From positions 17,290 to 81,289 of the forward strand of contig CAIPFZ010000018.1 of NCBI GenBank assembly GCA_903864515.1: DNA of 64,000 nt. The letters are read 5' to 3'. The number at the start of each line of letters is the position of its first letter. The stretch's first letter is position 1. Positions 10,282-19,844 of the stretch are shown here, piece after piece. Position numbers and translations under genes: made by a program. Below the pieces are notes generated by a model that ran no database searches, was not told the DNA's origin, and worked only from the letters and a program-made list of their open reading frames with translations. This DNA comes from an uncultured bacterium (GTDB lineage Bacteria > Patescibacteriota > Minisyncoccia > Phycocordibacterales > CAIZLB01).

Positions 10282-11760
10282 ATGTCTAAAACAAAACTCA
10301 CAATATTAATATTAATAATACTAAGTATAGGTCTTGGTGTTCTGTCTGGTATATATTTCTATACAAAGAAAACAACAGAAAATATACCAGTCACTCCAAG
10401 CGACAGAACTATCTTTGGTGGTGTTGGGGGAGTTAGAACAGACCTACCAGCAGATAACACAAATAATACCAGCGATTCAGGAGGTGACATAATTGACAGA
10501 CCAACCTCAACAACAACACCTAAGGCAGATCTATTACGAATGATTTCTGCAGGACCAATATCGGGAGCTGATTTTGTAATAAGAGATATTATAGCTTCAA
10601 GCACACCATCAGTCTTTACAGGAACAACTACAACCTCTACTTCTTCAACTTCAAAATTAACTTCTACCAAGAAAGCTAAAACTGTTGTTATTAAACCTAA
10701 AATATTAGGTCAGGAAGAAAAAATCAGATACATAGAAAGAGGAACAGGAAAAATATATGAGACTGCCTCTTCAACTAGCAAATCAGAAAGAATAACAAAC
10801 TCCACCTATACAAGGATAAACGAGTCTTTCTTTGATAAAAAAGGTGACAACATACTACTCAGGGGATTATTGGGTAATTCAGATGTTATTCAAACCAGAC
10901 TTGGAACAGCATTCCTGGAAACAGCTACTTCAACAACTCAATCTCTTAAAACAAAAGAGCTTCCTTATAATTTATTATCAGTAGCAATGTCTCCAGAGAG
11001 AGATTATTTTGCATATTATATTGAACAAAAAGGTGTTGGGTCTTCCATTAACATAAGCAGACTTGATGGAACAGGAATATTTAATGTTTATAAATCACCA
11101 TTCAGGGAATGGCTGTTATCTTATCCAAATAAGGACACCCTGGTCTTAAATACAAAACCATCAACATACTCAGAAGGCTTTGCATACTCTATAAATATTA
11201 AAAACAAGGCTTTCAAAAGAATAACCGGTGGTCAAAAAGGTCTAACAACCCTAGTTTCACCAGACGGATTAAACGTTTTAGTTGGAGAAAGTATAGATGG
11301 ATCCATGAAACTTAGTATTTTGAACCTAAAAACACAATCTAGTAAGGATATTTATATAAGAACTCTACCTGAGAAGTGTGTATGGTCTCTTTTGGAGAAA
11401 AATACTCTGTTTTGTTCAGCCAGTGAATCAATTGTTTACGCACCATATCCAGACGCTTGGTATCAAGGTCTAGTTTTCTTTAATGATAATATTTGGAAAA
11501 TAAATACAGAAACATCTGAAAATAAGCTTCTTTATGTGGTTAAAGACTCAGTAAAAGATGGAATAGATGTAATTAATCCAAAACTAAGTAAAAATGAGGA
11601 TTACTTTATGTTCACAAATAAGAAAGATTTAAGTCTTTGGGGATTACAGATAGAAAAACCTCAAAAGCAGATGTCAACTTCTACAAAATCAACCAAAACA
11701 ACAATAATTAAGAATAGTACCAGCACAAAATCCACCTCAACAGCAACCTCAACCATCTAA
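10282..11760 (+). CDS. Membrane-anchored exported protein with Thr-rich linkers and probable TolB-like beta-propeller
   Basis: Single N-terminal TM; SPERDY, SPDG and LSKNEDY propeller-like repeats; Ser/Thr tracts. Confidence 0.65.
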   Translation: MSKTKLTILILIILSIGLGVLSGIYFYTKKTTENIPVTPSDRTIFGGVGGVRTDLPADNTNNTSDSGGDIIDRPTSTTTPKADLLRMISAGPISGADFVIRDIIASSTPSVFTGTTTTSTSSTSKLTSTKKAKTVVIKPKILGQEEKIRYIERGTGKIYETASSTSKSERITNSTYTRINESFFDKKGDNILLRGLLGNSDVIQTRLGTAFLETATSTTQSLKTKELPYNLLSVAMSPERDYFAYYIEQKGVGSSINISRLDGTGIFNVYKSPFREWLLSYPNKDTLVLNTKPSTYSEGFAYSINIKNKAFKRITGGQKGLTTLVSPDGLNVLVGESIDGSMKLSILNLKTQSSKDIYIRTLPEKCVWSLLEKNTLFCSASESIVYAPYPDAWYQGLVFFNDNIWKINTETSENKLLYVVKDSVKDGIDVINPKLSKNEDYFMFTNKKDLSLWGLQIEKPQKQMSTSTKSTKTTIIKNSTSTKSTSTATSTI

Positions 11761-11776
11761 TTAATAAGAATAAGGC

Positions 11777-11808
11777 ATAAAAAAACACACAATTGTGTGT
11801 TTTTTTAT
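11777..11808. terminator. Bidirectional terminator between convergent genes
   Basis: Perfect palindrome ataaaaaaacacac-aatt-gtgtgtttttttat. Confidence 0.75.
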
Positions 11809-11829
11809 TGTATTAATAGTTATTATAGA

Positions 11830-12567
11830 CTATACACCCTTCTCTTCTAAATCTTTCTTAACTGTCTTTCTAAAATATACCTCTTGAGCAATTGCAAATA
11901 TGTTTGAAGTAATCCAGTACAGTGAGATAGCTGATGTTAAACTAAATGAGATAAGAAAAACTATTGCTGGCATTGTATATCTCATCTGAACATTCATACT
12001 CTTAGCAAATTCCTCTTGTTTTCCCATCTTACCTGTAGGTTTATATGCCGGAACAGAATATCTAATTTGTATAAATTGAGTTATACCAACAACCAGACTC
12101 AACCAGAAGTTCTTTTTTGTTATATCCAAAAAGCCTAAAAAGAAAGTGTTTACCGTTTGAGGGTTTGGAATAAAGCTATATAAAATATCAGCATTTATAT
12201 TAGGTAATCCAGATGTATAAAAGATACTAGCCAAAGATAAAATGATTGGTAGTTGAATTAACAACAAAACAATACCAGAAAAAGGGTTCAGTTTGTTTAC
12301 CTTATAAAATTCAAACATCTTTCTCGCTTGCTCCTCTCTATTGTTAGCATATTGTTCCTTTATTTTATTCAATTCAGGCTCAAGTGCCTTCATCTTTAAT
12401 TGAGTAACAACTGAACTCTTTGACAGGGGAATTAAAACAAACTTAACAATACAAGTAAAAACTATTACAGCCACTCCCAAATCAGCTCCTGGAGTGTGGT
12501 TTATTATATAAACCAAGCCATTATATAGGGGGTTGTAAAATGTTACACTAAAAAAATTTGATATCAT
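11830..12567 (-). CDS. yidC: Membrane protein insertase YidC
   Basis: YidC/Oxa1 motifs (LIQLPI, LYWITSN); canonical rpmH-rnpA-yidC synteny. Confidence 0.93.
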   Translation of the reverse strand: MISNFFSVTFYNPLYNGLVYIINHTPGADLGVAVIVFTCIVKFVLIPLSKSSVVTQLKMKALEPELNKIKEQYANNREEQARKMFEFYKVNKLNPFSGIVLLLIQLPIILSLASIFYTSGLPNINADILYSFIPNPQTVNTFFLGFLDITKKNFWLSLVVGITQFIQIRYSVPAYKPTGKMGKQEEFAKSMNVQMRYTMPAIVFLISFSLTSAISLYWITSNIFAIAQEVYFRKTVKKDLEEKGV

Positions 12568-12941
12568 TATCTTATTATATAATCTTTTAATAAAATTTGC
12601 TTCATATCATAAACAATATCTGAAAAGTCAGCTTTTATTGAACTTAACTTTGATAAAACCACAAAACAGGGTATTGAAACCTTTAAATCCTCTTTTTCAA
12701 GACTATTTATTGCCTCTAAAAATGCTTCTTTTAGCCTCCTTTTTGATCTATTTCTATCAACAGCCTTGATGAAGACCTTTTTCGATGAAATAAAAGACCC
12801 TCCAATTAACAAAGGGTTATTTTGACCTGTTTTTTCAGGTTTTTCTTCCATTGTTTTTAAAAGAAAAAAGCCTGAATTATAGGCTTTACCTTTTTTCATT
12901 ATAGAAGCAATTTGTAGGGAAGAGAGGCTTTTAATGGTCAT
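12567..12941 (-). CDS. rnpA: Ribonuclease P protein component
   Basis: RNR motif KAVDRNRSKRRLKE; synteny; ATG at 12941 chosen as start. Confidence 0.85.
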   Translation of the reverse strand: MTIKSLSSLQIASIMKKGKAYNSGFFLLKTMEEKPEKTGQNNPLLIGGSFISSKKVFIKAVDRNRSKRRLKEAFLEAINSLEKEDLKVSIPCFVVLSKLSSIKADFSDIVYDMKQILLKDYIIR

Positions 12942-12985
12942 AAATGGCTTTATTCTAGGCGTTTTACACCAAATCAAGCAAATAA

Positions 12986-13120
12986 CTATACAGACAACTT
13001 CTTCCTTCCTTTTGCGCGACGAGCAGCTAAAACACGACGTCCACCGTGAGTGGCAGTTCTAACAAGAAAACCGTGTGTTTTTGCTCTCTTTCTTTTGTTT
13101 GGTTGATATGTTTGCGACAT
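12986..13120 (-). CDS. rpmH: 50S ribosomal protein L34 (not in ORF track)
   Basis: Translates to [44 protein letters not shown]. Confidence 0.97.
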   Translation of the reverse strand: MSQTYQPNKRKRAKTHGFLVRTATHGGRRVLAARRAKGRKKLSV

Positions 13121-13220
13121 AACAAGGATATTACATCATTTTTGTTTTTTTGTAAACTCACCCGGGTGTTGTTTTTATTGAATCAAAAATCAAAATACAC
13201 TTTTAAAAATTGTAAATAAG

Positions 13221-13229
13221 TTATCCACA
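13221..13229 (+). promoter_or_regulatory. Consensus DnaA box upstream of dnaA
   Basis: TTATCCACA, perfect match. Confidence 0.85.
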
Positions 13230-13298
13230 GGTATCAACATACTTTTGGTTTTTCTTCAAGTTTCTTTTAAAAAAGCAGAGGGTATAATATTCATCAAT

Positions 13299-14633
13299 AT
13301 GGAGATAAAAAAACTATGGGATGGAGTTTTAGCACAAATGGAAATTGAGGTTTCAAGAGCTAATTTTTCAACATGGTTTAAGGATACATATATAAACAAG
13401 ATAGATAATGGAATAGTTTATCTAGCTGTTCCAAATACTTTTGCAAAAGAGTGGCTTTCTCAAAGATATCATAAAAAAATTCTAGAAATATTGAGAATGG
13501 AAGATGAAAATATTAGATCAATAGAATATGTAATAGCTGCACAAAAGAAGAAAAGGGAAGATGGAGGAGATGATGAATCATCTATAGGTAAGGATCTACC
13601 ATTAAGTGGCTTATTTATTAATCCGGAGGACAATTTAAACCCAAGATACACGTTTGAAAACTTTGTTGTTGGGCAATTTAATGAATTAGCTCACGCAGCT
13701 GCACAAGCTATTATCAAAAAGCCTGTTGCTTATAACCCTCTTTTTTACTATGGAAATACAGGATTAGGAAAAACACACTTAATGCAGGCTATTGGAAATC
13801 ACATCAAAAATCACAACAAGGAAAGAAGGGTTTTTTATGTTACATCCGAAAAATTTACAACAGACTATATAACATCGCTTCAATCTGGAAAAATAAATAA
13901 TTTTAAGGATAAATACAGAAAGTATGATGTTTTAATAATAGATGATATACAATTTCTATCAAACAAAGAAAAGACTCAGGAAGAACTCTTTCACTTGTTT
14001 AATCACTTGTATGACAACAATAAACAAATCATCTTTTCATCAGATGTTCACGTTAATTACCTGCCAAATATAGAAGATCGTTTAAAATCAAGGTTTATGG
14101 CTGGTATGATAATCGATATATCACCAGCAGATACGGAATCTAGAATGGCCATACTTAAAACAAAGGCTAGAATTAACAATTTTTCATTATCTAATGAAAT
14201 ATCCGCTTGTTTAGCAACCTCTGTTGGTGGAAGTATAAGAGAATTGGAAGGAATACTTAACACTGTAATATGCCAATCTCAATTAAAAGGAAGGGACTTA
14301 ACCCTATCTGAGGTTAAGCAACTTACAAAGAATTCCGGTAGACCGCATAAGAATGTATCAGTGAGGGACGTAGTTAGAGCTGTATCATCCTTCTATAATA
14401 TTGAGGAAGATGCTATATATAACAAAACAAGGCGCCAAGAGGTGGTTAAACCAAGGCAATTAACCATGTATATATTAAGAGAGTTCTACAACATTTCTCT
14501 ACCTTCAATTGGTCAAAAACTTGGGGGAAGAGATCACACAACGGTGATTCACTCATGTGAGAAGATTAAGAATGAACTCAAATTAAACTCAGAATTACAA
14601 TCTGAAATAAATCAGATTAAGGCGATGATTTAG
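13299..14633 (+). CDS. dnaA: Chromosomal replication initiator DnaA
   Basis: NPLFYYGNTGLGKTHL, IDDIQF and GGRDHTTVIH motifs; ATG at 13299. Confidence 0.98.
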   Translation: MEIKKLWDGVLAQMEIEVSRANFSTWFKDTYINKIDNGIVYLAVPNTFAKEWLSQRYHKKILEILRMEDENIRSIEYVIAAQKKKREDGGDDESSIGKDLPLSGLFINPEDNLNPRYTFENFVVGQFNELAHAAAQAIIKKPVAYNPLFYYGNTGLGKTHLMQAIGNHIKNHNKERRVFYVTSEKFTTDYITSLQSGKINNFKDKYRKYDVLIIDDIQFLSNKEKTQEELFHLFNHLYDNNKQIIFSSDVHVNYLPNIEDRLKSRFMAGMIIDISPADTESRMAILKTKARINNFSLSNEISACLATSVGGSIRELEGILNTVICQSQLKGRDLTLSEVKQLTKNSGRPHKNVSVRDVVRAVSSFYNIEEDAIYNKTRRQEVVKPRQLTMYILREFYNISLPSIGQKLGGRDHTTVIHSCEKIKNELKLNSELQSEINQIKAMI

Positions 14634-15006
14634 TCATAAATCGGAAAACAGTCATCATACAAACTTAAGATAGGTGATTAACAAGAAAGGGGAGTGATAT
14701 AGAATATCACCTCTTTTTTTGTTTATACATATAAATAACTGTGCATAAGTATGTGTATAAGCTGTTGGTATTAATGTATTACAATGTTCAAAAGCTGTTG
14801 GTACCTGTGTATACCATGTTAACTATATGTATACTTATCAACATCACCCTAAAAGACATTATTTAAGCCACCGTTCAAAACACTGTCTCTTAGTTTGTCT
14901 TTTATAAAAAAAGAGGTAAATTAATAGTTATATCTAAAGATACACATATCCACAGGTATAGTAGTAATAAGCTTTTTTATTAATAAAGATATATAATTAA
15001 TACATT
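14634..15006. other. Replication origin oriC (dnaA-dnaN intergenic)
   Basis: DnaA-box variants at 14740 (tgtgcataa), 14752 (tgtgtataa), 14835 (ttatcaaca) and 14946 (atatccaca), followed by NTA trios and an AT-rich tract. Confidence 0.85.
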
Positions 15007-16107
15007 ATGAAAATTGAATGCATCAGAGAAAGACTAGCAGAGGCTGTTACAAAAGCTGAGAAGATAACAAGTAAGAACACTTCACTACCTATACTTAGTT
15101 GTATTCTCTTAAGAGCTTCTGAAAATACATTATTTATAAATTCAACAAACTTAGATATTGGAATTGAAATTAAGATACCAGCAAAAGTTGAGGCTGATGG
15201 TTCGGTTGCTATACCAGGATCTATTCTAAACTCCTTTCTAAATAGTATTCCATCTGAGAAAACTGTAACTCTAGACTTGAGGGATGGTAATCTTTTGGTT
15301 TCAACTCCAAAGACGAATACCATCATTAAGATATACCCCAATGATGATTATCCAATAATACCAAAGGTTGATATGCAAAAATGTATCGAAATACCCGCAG
15401 AAAGCCTTATAAGCGGTATTAAGTCTGTTTGGTATAGTTCTGCCACATCAAGCATTAAACCAGAGCTCTCAAGTGTTTGTGTGACTCCTGATGACGGTAC
15501 TATTGTCTTCGTTGCAACTGATGGACTGAGGTTGGCAGAGAAAACTATAAAAATTAAAAATACACTGGATTTTTCTCAAGTTCTAATTCCAGTTAAGAAT
15601 GCTGTTGAAATAATTAGATTTTTTGAAGGTATTAACGAGAGTTTAAGTGTTGTTATTGAACAGAATCAAATAGCTGTATCTTATAATGATAATTATTTGG
15701 TCTCCAGAATTGTTGAAGGTAATTTTCCTAATTATAAAGCTATTATTCCAAAGGAGTTTGTTTCAGAGATTACCATTCTTAAACAGGATTTATTGAATTG
15801 TTTTAAAACAAGTTCTATTTTTAGTGATGCCTTTAATCACACTAAGTTTGTAATACACCCTGAGGAAAAGAATATTGAAGTTATTACAAAGAATAATAAC
15901 GTTGGAGAGAGTACTACTACAATACAGGGGGTTATAAGTGGAGAATCCTTGAGTATTAACTTCAATTATAAATATATAATGGATGCTTTGGTGTCAGTCA
16001 GCTCAGATAGTCTAACTCTCTCATTTAGTGGTGTTAATAAGCCTATGATAATGAAAGCTCAGGGAGAAGATAGTTTTCTCTACCTGCTGATGCCTATGAA
16101 TAAATAA
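15007..16107 (+). CDS. dnaN: DNA polymerase III beta sliding clamp
   Basis: VATDGLRLA, EGNFPNY, LMPM motifs; follows dnaA. Confidence 0.97.
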   Translation: MKIECIRERLAEAVTKAEKITSKNTSLPILSCILLRASENTLFINSTNLDIGIEIKIPAKVEADGSVAIPGSILNSFLNSIPSEKTVTLDLRDGNLLVSTPKTNTIIKIYPNDDYPIIPKVDMQKCIEIPAESLISGIKSVWYSSATSSIKPELSSVCVTPDDGTIVFVATDGLRLAEKTIKIKNTLDFSQVLIPVKNAVEIIRFFEGINESLSVVIEQNQIAVSYNDNYLVSRIVEGNFPNYKAIIPKEFVSEITILKQDLLNCFKTSSIFSDAFNHTKFVIHPEEKNIEVITKNNNVGESTTTIQGVISGESLSINFNYKYIMDALVSVSSDSLTLSFSGVNKPMIMKAQGEDSFLYLLMPMNK

Positions 16108-16108
16108 T

Positions 16109-16366
16109 ATGATAAATATAGGAGATTTATTAGGTGCTTATTCAAAAATTAAGAATCCATTGGATGATAAGAGGGTAATTGTTGATATTATAGAGAAAAA
16201 TTTTAATTTAAAGATTGAGGAAAATCAGGTTTTTTTCAGGAAAAACTTACTTATATTAAAAGTTAATTCTGTTCAAAAGAATTATTTACACATAAGAAGG
16301 GATGTTTTACTTAAAGCTGTAAAAGAATCGGTTCCAGATAGGTTTATAAATAACATAAATTTCTAA
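16109..16366 (+). CDS. Small hypothetical protein, possibly DciA/DUF721-like
   Basis: 85 aa, coupled to dnaN; LILKVNS...LL..V......I.NI.F pattern resembles the KH-like DciA domain. Confidence 0.5.
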   Translation: MINIGDLLGAYSKIKNPLDDKRVIVDIIEKNFNLKIEENQVFFRKNLLILKVNSVQKNYLHIRRDVLLKAVKESVPDRFINNINF

Positions 16367-16369
16367 AGC

Positions 16370-16403
16370 AAAAAACCTCCAGTGTTGGTGCTGGAGGTTT
16401 TTT
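16370..16403. terminator. Bidirectional intrinsic terminator
   Basis: aaaaaacctccag...ctggaggtttttt. Confidence 0.8.
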
Positions 16404-16425
16404 TAAAAGAAATTAAACTCTTATT

Positions 16426-18852
16426 TTATTGAATTGAATATACAGCTGTGGCCTCTCTTTGATTTCCATTTGAATCCCTCTCAACAGCCTTTAATTCATC
16501 CTCAAAATCACTAGATGGTGTTTCTGCTGGTGTATATGAAAAAGTAAAAGGTGATTCTATTGATTTACCTATTGAAACATCGTTTACATAATATTCAACA
16601 GAAACAGTATTACTTTTAAGACCAGAGACAATAATTGGTTGTTTTTGTTTTTTGTTTATTATTGAGAAGTTAGATGGCTGAGTAATTTTAAATTGGTTAT
16701 TGTTTTGACCAGATGAATCTATACCTCCAGATACTAGTGTACTTTGGATTAAACCAGCAGCTTGTGAGCCCTGAGACCAATTTAATACACCAAACTCCCA
16801 GTTTCTAAATTGATCATCTGATGATGATAAACCTGGTATTCTTCCAGCTGGATCTTTTTTATCAACCCAGTATAATTCTGAGTGGACCTCATTACCTGGC
16901 CCCATCCACGCTCCGGTTAAGAATGGCTTAATACCCTTCTCAGAAGACTCAGGTGCATCAAAGTTCTCTACAGGAATTCTTGTTAATTGAAATTCCATTA
17001 GACTTTTCCAAAGTGGACCTACAATTCTTGCTGATGACTGTTGCACCATGGGTGTATTGTCATTATTTCCCATCCATGCGCCAATTACAATACTTGGAGT
17101 GTACCCTATCTCCCAAGCATCTCTAGAGTTGTTGGTTGTACCAGTTTTTAATGCCACAGCTCTTTCTCCAAAGGTGCTCGGTGCAAAGATTGAGGATCTT
17201 GCCTTTTTATCGGACAAAACATCATTAATTAGCTTTGCAGATTGTTCCGTTATAACTTGTTTTGATGAAACTTTCTCAGGGGCTTGTTCTAATATTTGCC
17301 CCTTATCGGTCTCAATTTTAAGTACAGAAATTAATGGAACCTTTTGTCCGTTGTTTGCAAACACACCATAAGCAGATGTCATATCCAGTGGTGAAACTTC
17401 ACCACCTCCAAGTACAAGTGTTAATCCGTATTGAGAAGCTGGGCCTAAATCATTAACACCCATGGCTGTTGCAGTTTTAATAGTGTCTTCAACGCCAGCT
17501 AAATAAAGAACCTTAACAGAGGGAATGTTTCTTGATTGAGCAAGTGCTGATCTGAAGTTCATTAAACCCTTAAAACCACCCTCGTAGTTTTGTGGTGTAT
17601 AACAACCTGGTTTTTCCTTATCTTTTTCATTTGTAAGTGGTGCACAATTTACATTAAACTCAGTCTGTACATCAAATAATGGTGTATCTGGTGTATAACC
17701 CTTCATAAAGGCTGTTGCGTAAGCAAAAGGCTTGAATGATGAACCTGGCTGTCTATGTGCTGTTGTAACATTAAAATTACCCTCATTCTCTTTGTCAAAA
17801 TAATCCTTAGAACCAACCATCATTAATATTTGACCTGTTCTTGGATCAACGGCCACAGAAGCTGCATTCTTTGCTTTGAATGCTGGACCATTTTTTGTTA
17901 CGTAATTATAAATTAAATCTTCAGACTTTTGTTGTAATTCATAATCAAGTGTTGTAATTATTTTTAGACCACCCTTTGCTAGTGTCTCTTCCCCATATTT
18001 TTCTAGTAAATAATCTTTAACATACATAACAAAATGAGGGGCTTTTATTCCAGCCATTGATTTTGGTTGAAATACAACCTTCTCTGCAATCGCTGTATTG
18101 TATTCTTCTTGCGTAATCATTTTTGCACCCAATGCTTTGTCTAGGACTAATTTCTTTCTTGCCTCTAATTTTGTTTTATTTTTTCCGTATGGAGAAAGAA
18201 CCGATGGTGATTGGGGTAGGGCAGCCAAATACGCTGATTCTGCAAGTGTTAACTCTGAAGACTTCTTGTTAAAGAAGAGGGAGCTAGCTTCTTCAATACC
18301 ATAAATGTTTCCTCCATAAGGAGCCTCATTTAGATACATGTTTAGAATAGTATCCTTGGAAGCAGTTCTTTCAAGTTTGATAGCAAGAATCCATTCCTTA
18401 ATTTTTCTAGTTATGTTTTTGTCTTGAGAAAGAAGTGAATTTTTAACAACTTGTTGTGTTATTGTTGATCCACCCTGACTAAACTTTAATGTAAAAATAT
18501 TAGCAAAAATAGCTCTTATAATTGAAGATACTTTAATTCCGCCATGATTGTAAAAATCAACATCTTCAATGGCTATAGTTGTTTTTTTAGCATAAGGAGA
18601 TATTTGATCAAATGGAGTTACGGTTCTTCTAACTTTTTCACTCAAATCATAAAGCATTATGTTACCTGTTCTGTCATAAATCTTTGCAGATTGTCCAAGT
18701 AGTCTATCGTCAAAAGATGATAAATCCGGTGTTTTTATAGTTGAAGCCCAAATTAAAAATATACCCACTAATATAACAGAGACAATTATTGATATGAGTA
18801 GCGCATTCTTTAGTATTAATTTTAAGCGCTTTTTGTTGTGTTTTGTTAACAT
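16426..18852 (-). CDS. Class A penicillin-binding protein (PBP1A family) with C-terminal Ig-like domain
   Basis: Transglycosylase motifs AIED, QGGSTITQQ, YLNE; transpeptidase SSFK, SRN, KTGT. Confidence 0.95.
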   Translation of the reverse strand: MLTKHNKKRLKLILKNALLISIIVSVILVGIFLIWASTIKTPDLSSFDDRLLGQSAKIYDRTGNIMLYDLSEKVRRTVTPFDQISPYAKKTTIAIEDVDFYNHGGIKVSSIIRAIFANIFTLKFSQGGSTITQQVVKNSLLSQDKNITRKIKEWILAIKLERTASKDTILNMYLNEAPYGGNIYGIEEASSLFFNKKSSELTLAESAYLAALPQSPSVLSPYGKNKTKLEARKKLVLDKALGAKMITQEEYNTAIAEKVVFQPKSMAGIKAPHFVMYVKDYLLEKYGEETLAKGGLKIITTLDYELQQKSEDLIYNYVTKNGPAFKAKNAASVAVDPRTGQILMMVGSKDYFDKENEGNFNVTTAHRQPGSSFKPFAYATAFMKGYTPDTPLFDVQTEFNVNCAPLTNEKDKEKPGCYTPQNYEGGFKGLMNFRSALAQSRNIPSVKVLYLAGVEDTIKTATAMGVNDLGPASQYGLTLVLGGGEVSPLDMTSAYGVFANNGQKVPLISVLKIETDKGQILEQAPEKVSSKQVITEQSAKLINDVLSDKKARSSIFAPSTFGERAVALKTGTTNNSRDAWEIGYTPSIVIGAWMGNNDNTPMVQQSSARIVGPLWKSLMEFQLTRIPVENFDAPESSEKGIKPFLTGAWMGPGNEVHSELYWVDKKDPAGRIPGLSSSDDQFRNWEFGVLNWSQGSQAAGLIQSTLVSGGIDSSGQNNNQFKITQPSNFSIINKKQKQPIIVSGLKSNTVSVEYYVNDVSIGKSIESPFTFSYTPAETPSSDFEDELKAVERDSNGNQREATAVYSIQ

Positions 18853-18937
18853 TTTGTTTATTTGTTGATTTTGTTTATTGTACAACAAAAAACACACTTT
18901 TTATAGTGTGTAATCTGTTATTTTTAGATATCTTTAA

Positions 18938-19237
18938 TTAAAACAAATCCTCATCAACCGCCTCCTCATCTTCTTCATCTTCGTCAACTGCTGGAGCAAT
19001 GAACTCACCATCTTCATTTAACTCACCAAATGAACCAAAACCAAAAGGATCCTCACCCTCTTTCTCTGGGTCTATGATACCGTCTTCATCTGATAGTTCC
19101 TCTACTTCATCAAGCGGTACATCCAGTGGATCAACGTCTCCATCTCCAATGTCCTTATCATCTAATTCAGCATCCTCTATTGAATCATCACTAGCATCAT
19201 CGGTTGTTGTATCGTCCAAATCTAATTCGTCTGGCAT
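18938..19237 (-). CDS. Very acidic small hypothetical protein
   Basis: 99 aa, nearly half Asp/Glu; co-oriented downstream of ruvC. Confidence 0.7.
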   Translation of the reverse strand: MPDELDLDDTTTDDASDDSIEDAELDDKDIGDGDVDPLDVPLDEVEELSDEDGIIDPEKEGEDPFGFGSFGELNEDGEFIAPAVDEDEEDEEAVDEDLF

Positions 19238-19344
19238 GTTTTTGTTTTTGATTAATTATTAAAACTTATTTGATATATTTATCATATCAATAGAAATATG
19301 CAAGTAAAACTGTGGATATTTATTAAAAAAATAAAATTATTATT

Positions 19345-19818
19345 TTAATATCGCAACAGAGCACAGCAAGCTAGGCCACAAGCTATTGCATCATATTCAT
19401 CGTCCGTAGCTTTTTTATCTATCTTTAAAATCAATTGAACCATCTTTGTCATTTGTTGTTTATCACTTTTTCCGTCACCAGTAACTGCAAGTTTTATTTC
19501 CATTGGATTAATTTCCTTAATATTTAATTTACTCTTTTTTGCGATATAAATTATAGTGCCTCTAGTCTCAGCAACTCTCATTGCTGTTTTTGTATTTTTG
19601 CTAAAGAACAATGTTTCTATCGCTAATACAAAAGGTGAATATGTATTAATTAATTCTTCAACCTTATTTCCAATCTCCAATAATCTATCTTCAAAAGGTA
19701 TTTTTGCATCTGTTTTAAAACATTCAGAGTACAAAAGAGAATCTTTTTGTCCACGCTCCTTTTCAATTATTGCAATACCTAATCTTTCATATCCAGGGTC
19801 TATTGATAGTATTTTCAT
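19345..19818 (-). CDS. ruvC: Holliday junction resolvase RuvC
   Basis: ILSIDPG, AIETLFF, DDEYDAIA motifs. Confidence 0.95.
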   Translation of the reverse strand: MKILSIDPGYERLGIAIIEKERGQKDSLLYSECFKTDAKIPFEDRLLEIGNKVEELINTYSPFVLAIETLFFSKNTKTAMRVAETRGTIIYIAKKSKLNIKEINPMEIKLAVTGDGKSDKQQMTKMVQLILKIDKKATDDEYDAIACGLACCALLRY

Positions 19819-19844
19819 TGTTAATAAATAATTATTTTTCCAAC

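Noticed and set aside
730-11760. Interpretation as an integrative conjugative element or prophage
   Set aside because: No integrase, relaxase, att repeat or phage structural gene is visible, and the cluster joins core origin genes seamlessly. The left boundary lies outside the window, so this is not fully excluded.
13245-13298. Extended TTG/GTG starts in the ORF track (dnaA, also rpsT, rplS, SIMPL genes, argS)
   Set aside because: Downstream ATGs match family N-termini and sit just after -10 boxes, so the extensions are likely untranslated.
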